Below are positions 40,506-45,452 of a DNA stretch of 45,452 nt, piece after piece. The stretch spans positions 1-45,452 of the forward strand of contig JANMQY010000021.1 in assembly GCA_031370785.1 (NCBI GenBank), written 5' to 3'. Within the stretch, counting starts at the first letter, position 1, and every line of letters begins with the position of its first letter. Below the pieces are notes generated by a model. The model saw nothing but the letters and a program-made list of their open reading frames with translations, did not search any database and had not been told where the DNA came from. The translations under genes were made by a program, and so were the position numbers. This stretch comes from Candidatus Eiseniibacteriota bacterium (GTDB taxonomy: Bacteria; Eisenbacteria; RBG-16-71-46).

Positions 40506-41333
40506 ATGTTCAGACTCACGCTGGCCGCACTGCTGGTGTGCCTCGCCGGCTGCGCGCCCCGGGCGCAGCGCTCATCGGAGCCCGGCATTCCGGCGAATGC
40601 GCTCGCCTTCTCTGCGCTCGCCAATGCCACTTATTCCACGCAGTTTTCGGACAGCGGCCGGGTGCAGCTGCATGATGGGAGCAGTAGCGATTCCGCATCG
40701 CGGGGCGAGGTGACGCTCTCTCCCAGGTACGCGATCGGAGATCTCGGCGGCGATGTGCTTCCCGACGCCGCGGTAGTCCTCATGACCAGTGGCGGAGGAA
40801 GCGGCGAGTTCTTCGAGCTGTACGCGGTCCGCAACGACAGCGGAGCCGCGCACCCGGTCGGGTCGATCCTGCTCGGAGATCGCGTGCGCCTCGATTCGGT
40901 GTGGATCGCCGACCGTCAGATCCGGGTCAGCTACGTGACCCATGCGCACGACGATCCGATGTGCTGCCCGTCGCTCTCGGTCATACGCGCATTCGAGCTG
41001 CGCGGCGATTCGCTGGTGGCCGCACCGCTCATGGTGAGCGGGCGCTACCAGATCGGACGCGAGGCCGAGACCTTCCGCCCGTGCGGCTCGCGTGCCGTCT
41101 ACTGGGTGCGCGGACAGGCCCCGCTGCTCCAGCAACTCCGTCGCGAATACGAGCGGGTCGCGACCCCGGCCCGCGGCGAGGTGTTCGCCGAGGTGAACGC
41201 CACCGTGCTCGACCCGGCCGGCCGCGGCTTCCCCTCACAGTTCGACGGCATGCTGAACGTGGTCGAAGTGCGCGCCGTGCGTACGCTGGTCGCCGGCGAG
41301 TGCGCCGACAGCACGATCGCCGCACAGCGCTAG
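40506..41333 (+). CDS. Lipoprotein with NlpE-C-like OB domain at C-terminus
   Basis: GGAGG SD; lipobox LAGC; GGGSG...LGDRV...DPMCCPS domain; G.Y..G.E..TF.PC....YWV segment. Confidence 0.65.
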   Translation: MFRLTLAALLVCLAGCAPRAQRSSEPGIPANALAFSALANATYSTQFSDSGRVQLHDGSSSDSASRGEVTLSPRYAIGDLGGDVLPDAAVVLMTSGGGSGEFFELYAVRNDSGAAHPVGSILLGDRVRLDSVWIADRQIRVSYVTHAHDDPMCCPSLSVIRAFELRGDSLVAAPLMVSGRYQIGREAETFRPCGSRAVYWVRGQAPLLQQLRREYERVATPARGEVFAEVNATVLDPAGRGFPSQFDGMLNVVEVRAVRTLVAGECADSTIAAQR

Positions 41334-41608
41334 CTTCGAGAACCCGGCGCCGCGCGCCGTATGCGGGAGCGCTCCTCTCGAAGGGACTGGCAAGGTACGA
41401 CAGCCGATCGTGCGGATGCGGGTTCCACGAGAGACTTGTTTTCTCTAAAACGGCTCCCGTTTGTAGAACCTTCCGCTGCTCGGAGAGCGTTTCCCAGCGC
41501 GGGGCTCTCCACGATCCGCGGATGGACGGGCCCGGGCGGCTCGTTTGCAGCGCTAAGCTGCGGTTGGATAGCGCGCTCACTCCAGACACCGCGGTCGCGT
41601 GCCTCGCG

Positions 41609-41623
41609 TGGCACGGAACTGGC
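41609..41623 (+). promoter_or_regulatory. Candidate sigma54 promoter for the OMP gene
   Basis: TGGCAC-GGAAC-TGGC (GG-N10-GC). Confidence 0.45.
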
Positions 41624-41729
41624 GTTCTCCGGCAGCATGACCGTGCAGCGATAGTGCGCGGGCGGCCAGAGGACCCACGGGGCCCGCTGCCGGCACGGAT
41701 CAAAACTACCCACTCAAGAGGTACTGAAG

Positions 41730-42317
41730 ATGATCACCTTGAATCGAGCGTCACTTCCTGTTTTTTCGGCGAAGCATCTGCTCACGGTCGCGGCCGCGGT
41801 CGCGATCCTGCTCGGAATCGCGGGCAGCGCGAACGTTGCATCTGCGGTCCAGATCATTCCGTCGATCGGGCTCTCCAAGTCGACGGATGGCAACGGCGGC
41901 GACGCCAAGGTCTACGGCGGGCTGGCGCTGCGTGTGCCTTTCGCCTCTTTGCTTCAGGGCGAAGTCGGGATCTCCTACCGTTCGGAGTCGTTCCTCGACG
42001 AGAACCTCAAGGTCCGGATGTGGCCGGTGACGGCCTCGCTGTGGATCACGCCGATCTCGTCGCTCTATCTGGGTGGAGGAGTTGGCTGGTACAAGACGAC
42101 CTACGACTATGCCGAGACGTTCCCGGTCGCGGACAGGACGACGTCGAAATTCGGGGAGCATGTGGGAGCGGGATTTGGCATTCCACTCGGCCCAAGGGTC
42201 GGGCTGGACCTGAATGGGCGGTACGTCTTCCTTCAGAAGGACAACAACTCGTTCCCGCCGTCGAGCTTCGATCCGGACTTCTGGACGACATCACTCGGTC
42301 TTGCAGTGAAGTTTTAG
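41730..42317 (+). CDS. Small outer-membrane beta-barrel protein (OmpW/OmpA-TM-like)
   Basis: Signal peptide; amphipathic strands (LYLGGGVGWY, HVGAGFGI); C-terminal Phe. Confidence 0.8.
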   Translation: MITLNRASLPVFSAKHLLTVAAAVAILLGIAGSANVASAVQIIPSIGLSKSTDGNGGDAKVYGGLALRVPFASLLQGEVGISYRSESFLDENLKVRMWPVTASLWITPISSLYLGGGVGWYKTTYDYAETFPVADRTTSKFGEHVGAGFGIPLGPRVGLDLNGRYVFLQKDNNSFPPSSFDPDFWTTSLGLAVKF

Positions 42318-42330
42318 TCCCAAAAGGTTT

Positions 42331-42410
42331 GGCGCCCGAGTCGGCACCAGGAATCGATCCACCGTCGAGGGGGAGAGGGTCCGGAGTTCGGCTCGGGCGT
42401 CGCTGTTTCT
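42331..42410 (+). terminator. Large-loop hairpin / possible terminator between convergent OMP genes
   Basis: 14-bp stem 42331-42344 / 42388-42401 with 3 G-U pairs, followed by GCTGTTTCT. Confidence 0.5.
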
Positions 42411-42440
42411 GCGCCCGGATCTACGCGGACGCGGAGCTGC

Positions 42441-43625
42441 TCAGAACGCGATCGAGATCTGCGCGGCCACCATCGAGAGCTTGCGGTCGCGGGGATCGGC
42501 GCCGTCGAGCTTCGTGTACTGGTAGATCAGCTTGCCCACGGCTTCACGGGTGAAGCGGTAGCCCACGCCGGTTTCGAGCCGGGTGACGTCCGAGTCCCAC
42601 GGGTGATTGACGCCCAGGGAGTCCCGGATCTCGCCGAAGCGCATTACGTCCCAGCGTCCCGCCACGAAGGCGCCGAACGGGAGCGTGTACTTGAGCTCCG
42701 CATAGGCGCTCGAGACGCTCAGATTTCCGACGGTCGGGGTTTCCCACACATTCTGGGCTCCTTCCGCGCGAAGCTCGACATGACCCGCAAGCAGCTCGAG
42801 ATCGACCATCCCGAGCTTCTGGTGATAGTCCTCGACGGTCTTGCCCGCCGGCATCTCGTAGTTCAACTTCGAGACCAGGTAAGGGCCGTAGGCCCCCGAA
42901 ACGCCGAAGCGCACGCCGGGCAGCGGGGCGAGGCCCACACGTCCGAGCATGGACTTTCCGTCGTTCTCATCCTGCGACGTGCTTCCCCATCCCGGGGTGC
43001 CGGCGGTGACGCCGAGCGCATACTCGAGCGGCCGCGAGCTGCCGGTGAGCGTGGCGCCGACGTCCCAGTAGGAATCGTCGATCAGCACCATCCCGCGGCC
43101 CATGGTGTAGTAGCCGTAGCTGACGCCGTACTGGCCGGAGCCCGCAGCCGCGATCAGCGCATCGGCGTTCGGCGCCGGCTTATACCACAGAAGCGTCGTG
43201 TGGTACTGGTACATCAGGGGTGTGCCGATGAGCGGATTCTTGTTGGAGTAGGTGCGCGGTGCATAGGTGCCGATCGCCCATGGAATCTTCCCCGCGAGCA
43301 GATGCAGATCTCGCGTCGGACTCGGGGTGAACATCAGGTAGGCGCCATCCACGTAGGGCGACGTCGCATCGCGCAGCACAAACTGTGTGTAGATCTGGAG
43401 TCGGTCGTTCACCTGCGCGTCAGCGAACAGACGCAGGCCATACGCATCGAACGGCGAATCGTCACGAGTGAGCAGGTTGTGTTCGTAGGCTCGGCCATGC
43501 TCGGCGGCGACCACATCGAGGAGCCCGTGCACGTGGAATTCGGTTGCCTGGGCGCGCGACGCCGTGGCCAGGCCGAGCGTGACGGCCAGCGTGATTGCAA
43601 GAGGTCGAATTCGAAGCGGGGTCAT
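42441..43625 (-). CDS. Outer-membrane beta-barrel (porin-like) protein
   Basis: Signal peptide ending AQA; alternating beta-strands; C-terminal AQISIAF; GGAG SD. Confidence 0.75.
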   Translation of the reverse strand: MTPLRIRPLAITLAVTLGLATASRAQATEFHVHGLLDVVAAEHGRAYEHNLLTRDDSPFDAYGLRLFADAQVNDRLQIYTQFVLRDATSPYVDGAYLMFTPSPTRDLHLLAGKIPWAIGTYAPRTYSNKNPLIGTPLMYQYHTTLLWYKPAPNADALIAAAGSGQYGVSYGYYTMGRGMVLIDDSYWDVGATLTGSSRPLEYALGVTAGTPGWGSTSQDENDGKSMLGRVGLAPLPGVRFGVSGAYGPYLVSKLNYEMPAGKTVEDYHQKLGMVDLELLAGHVELRAEGAQNVWETPTVGNLSVSSAYAELKYTLPFGAFVAGRWDVMRFGEIRDSLGVNHPWDSDVTRLETGVGYRFTREAVGKLIYQYTKLDGADPRDRKLSMVAAQISIAF

Positions 43626-44070
43626 TCGGGCGTCTCCGTCCGTGTAGGCGCTTTCGATGGAGGGTAGGGGCACTCCATCCGGAGAGGGTTTCGGCAGTGA
43701 GGGGTTGCCGCTTTACGTCGGACGCTGTCCGGGAGAGGCGCAAAGGCGAATCTGTCCGCATCGACTCCGCCGGCGGAGGGCCAGCGGCGGTGGGATCGGA
43801 CGTTGGCGCGGGATTCCTTTGTAAGAGTTACCAGGGTTTGAAGCGATGGGGGCATACGGGCGCGATTCAAGCGGGATGCCCAAGCCGCAAGGATTCTCTA
43901 TGTCGGCTGTAGCCGGACGATTGACCCGCCAGTCGAGATTGCTCCGGCTACGGCCTATGGCTTGCGTGATCACACCGCGACCCCTCCACATGACTTCGCG
44001 TCATGCTCGAAAACGCCCGGGTGAGGGGAAACTGTCGATTTAGCCAGGACCAGACACCAGGGAGGCCTCA

Positions 44071-44610
44071 ATGACGGAAAAGGTTCAGTCGAACTCGCAA
44101 CGCCCGCCACTCGTGACCAGCTCATTCCGCGATCGTGAGAGCGCTGAGCGCGCGTATCAGTCGATCGCTTCACGCGGTTATAAGAACGAAGACATTCACG
44201 TGATCATGTCGGACGAGACGCGTAAGCGCCTGTTCGGCAAGGACAGCCCGAAATCCGACCTCGGAAACAAGGCGCTTCAGGGCGCAGGGGTCGGGGGGGC
44301 GGTTGGCGGCGTCGTTGGCGCCACGCTGATGGGGATCGTCGCGGCTGCAGCAGCAGTTACCGTTCCCGGGATCGGCCTCGTGATTGCCGGGCCGCTCGCT
44401 GGGGCGCTGGCGGGTGGAGCGACAGGAGCGGCGGCCGGCGGCCTGATGGGCCTGCTTGTTGGAGCCGGGATTCCGGAGGATCGAGCCAAGATCTACGAGA
44501 CCGATCTCAAGGATGGCGGTATCGTGCTGGGCGTCAAGCCTCGCCACGACGATGATGTCCGGTATTTCGAGAGCGAGTGGAAGACCGAGGGACAGCACGT
44601 TCGCCGGTAG
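44071..44610 (+). CDS. General-stress-type membrane protein with glycine zipper
   Basis: F.DRESAERA...L..RGY...DI.V; GxxxG repeats; GAGIPEDRA..YE..LK.GGIVL; GGGAGG SD. Confidence 0.75.
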   Translation: MTEKVQSNSQRPPLVTSSFRDRESAERAYQSIASRGYKNEDIHVIMSDETRKRLFGKDSPKSDLGNKALQGAGVGGAVGGVVGATLMGIVAAAAAVTVPGIGLVIAGPLAGALAGGATGAAAGGLMGLLVGAGIPEDRAKIYETDLKDGGIVLGVKPRHDDDVRYFESEWKTEGQHVRR

Positions 44611-44668
44611 ACGATTCACGACTCTGCTTCACCACATTCGACAGAACGGTGGTGGGTGAGTTCAACTG

Positions 44669-44717
44669 AAAAAACCCGAGAGGCGAGCGCCCCAGACGTG
44701 AGGCGCCCGCCTTCTCG
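44669..44717. terminator. Hairpin with poly-U tail on the minus strand (possibly bidirectional terminator)
   Basis: CGAGAGGCGAGCGCC / GGCGCCCGCCTTCTCG stem preceded by AAAAAA on the + strand. Confidence 0.5.
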
Positions 44718-44742
44718 TTCACACAATCCCCTGGAGGCACTC

Positions 44743-45423
44743 ATGCACAGAGCGCAACGTTTCACCCTGCTGCTGACGTCACTGGCAGCGATGATTCTCA
44801 CGATGAGTGCCGGCTGCGCTTCGATGAACGCTAAGACCAAGGGCGCGATCATCGGCGCGACCGCGGGCGGCGTGGCGGGCGGCGTGATCGGCAACCAGAC
44901 CGGATCGACCACCCGAGGCGCCATCATCGGTGCCGTTGTGGGCGGAGCGGCCGGCGCGATCATCGGCCACCAGATGGATCAGCAGGCGAAGGAGCTGCAG
45001 CAGAACATTCCCGGCGCCGTCGTCGAACGCGTGGGCGAAGGCATTCAGGTCACGTTCGCCTCGGGTCTGCTGTTCGATTTCAACTCTGACGCCATCCGCG
45101 GCAACGCACGCGCGAACCTCGATCAGCTCGCTCAGAGCCTGAGCAAGTATCGCGATTCCAATCTGCTGATTGCCGGGCACACGGATGACGTCGGCACCAG
45201 CAGCTACAATCAGGGCCTCTCGGAGCGTCGCGCCGAGTCCGCGGCCCGCTACCTCGCTTCCCGCGGGGTCAGTCGTTACATCGCGACCAAGGGTCTCGGG
45301 GAAAACGAACCGGTCGCGTCGAATTCCACGGACGCCGGACGCGAGAAGAACCGCCGGGTCGAGGTGGCGATCTACGCGAGCCCCGAATTGCAGGAGCAGG
45401 CGAGACGCCAGGCGGGTCAGTAG
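44743..45423 (+). CDS. OmpA-C family lipoprotein with glycine zipper (YiaD-like)
   Basis: Lipobox SAGC; GAxxGAxxG zippers; LFDFNS, GHTD, NQGLSERRA and NRRVE motifs. Confidence 0.92.
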   Translation: MHRAQRFTLLLTSLAAMILTMSAGCASMNAKTKGAIIGATAGGVAGGVIGNQTGSTTRGAIIGAVVGGAAGAIIGHQMDQQAKELQQNIPGAVVERVGEGIQVTFASGLLFDFNSDAIRGNARANLDQLAQSLSKYRDSNLLIAGHTDDVGTSSYNQGLSERRAESAARYLASRGVSRYIATKGLGENEPVASNSTDAGREKNRRVEVAIYASPELQEQARRQAGQ

Positions 45424-45452
45424 CACTCGATCGCATCGCGGCTGCCTTCATG

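Noticed and set aside
43626..44070. Riboswitch or ncRNA in the long divergent intergenic region
   Set aside because: Only short hairpins are visible and I recognise no known aptamer consensus; an Rfam search would be needed to exclude one.

Overview
This is a high-GC (~70% by eye) bacterial chromosomal window, apparently from a diderm (it encodes lipoproteins, outer-membrane beta-barrels and an OmpA-like protein). Positions 1-39.8 kb are mostly housekeeping genes. They run: 3' end of rnr, a PilZ protein, aroA-cmk-plsC-rpsA, a TPR-SPOR protein, mutS, a minus-strand yitJ-ybjQ-yvlD-HEAT-ykgJ block, and a plus-strand block of a SpoIVB/S55-like protease, beta-propeller protein, GT87-like glycosyltransferase, DUF4910/M28 peptidase and DUF296 protein. 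After these come cyclophilin, yfiH/pgeF, a large PpiD-like parvulin, a degenerate-GGDEF protein, mutL-miaA-tRNA-Gly-der-plsY-gpsA-merR-tRNA-Pro, acyltransferase-GT2-surE-pcm-tRNA-Pro-acyP, an RpoS-like sigma factor and apt. Positions 39.8-45.4 kb are a looser region of lipoprotein, outer-membrane and stress genes with candidate sigma54/sigma28 promoters. I found no CRISPR array, transposase, integrase or prophage. The best leads for something undescribed are: (1) a secreted, circularly permuted, PDZ-less S55 protease coupled to a secreted beta-propeller protein; (2) two probable c-di-GMP effectors (a PilZ protein with a histone-H1-like tail, and a Rossmann-GAF-dead-GGDEF protein with an intact I-site); (3) an RpoS-like sigma factor lacking the first Trp of the melting W-dyad; (4) two long 3' hairpins with GGA-rich loops; and (5) recurring near-leaderless promoters, one with a uORF coupled to mutS. 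All family calls are by-eye motif recognition with no database search, so novelty is unverified.
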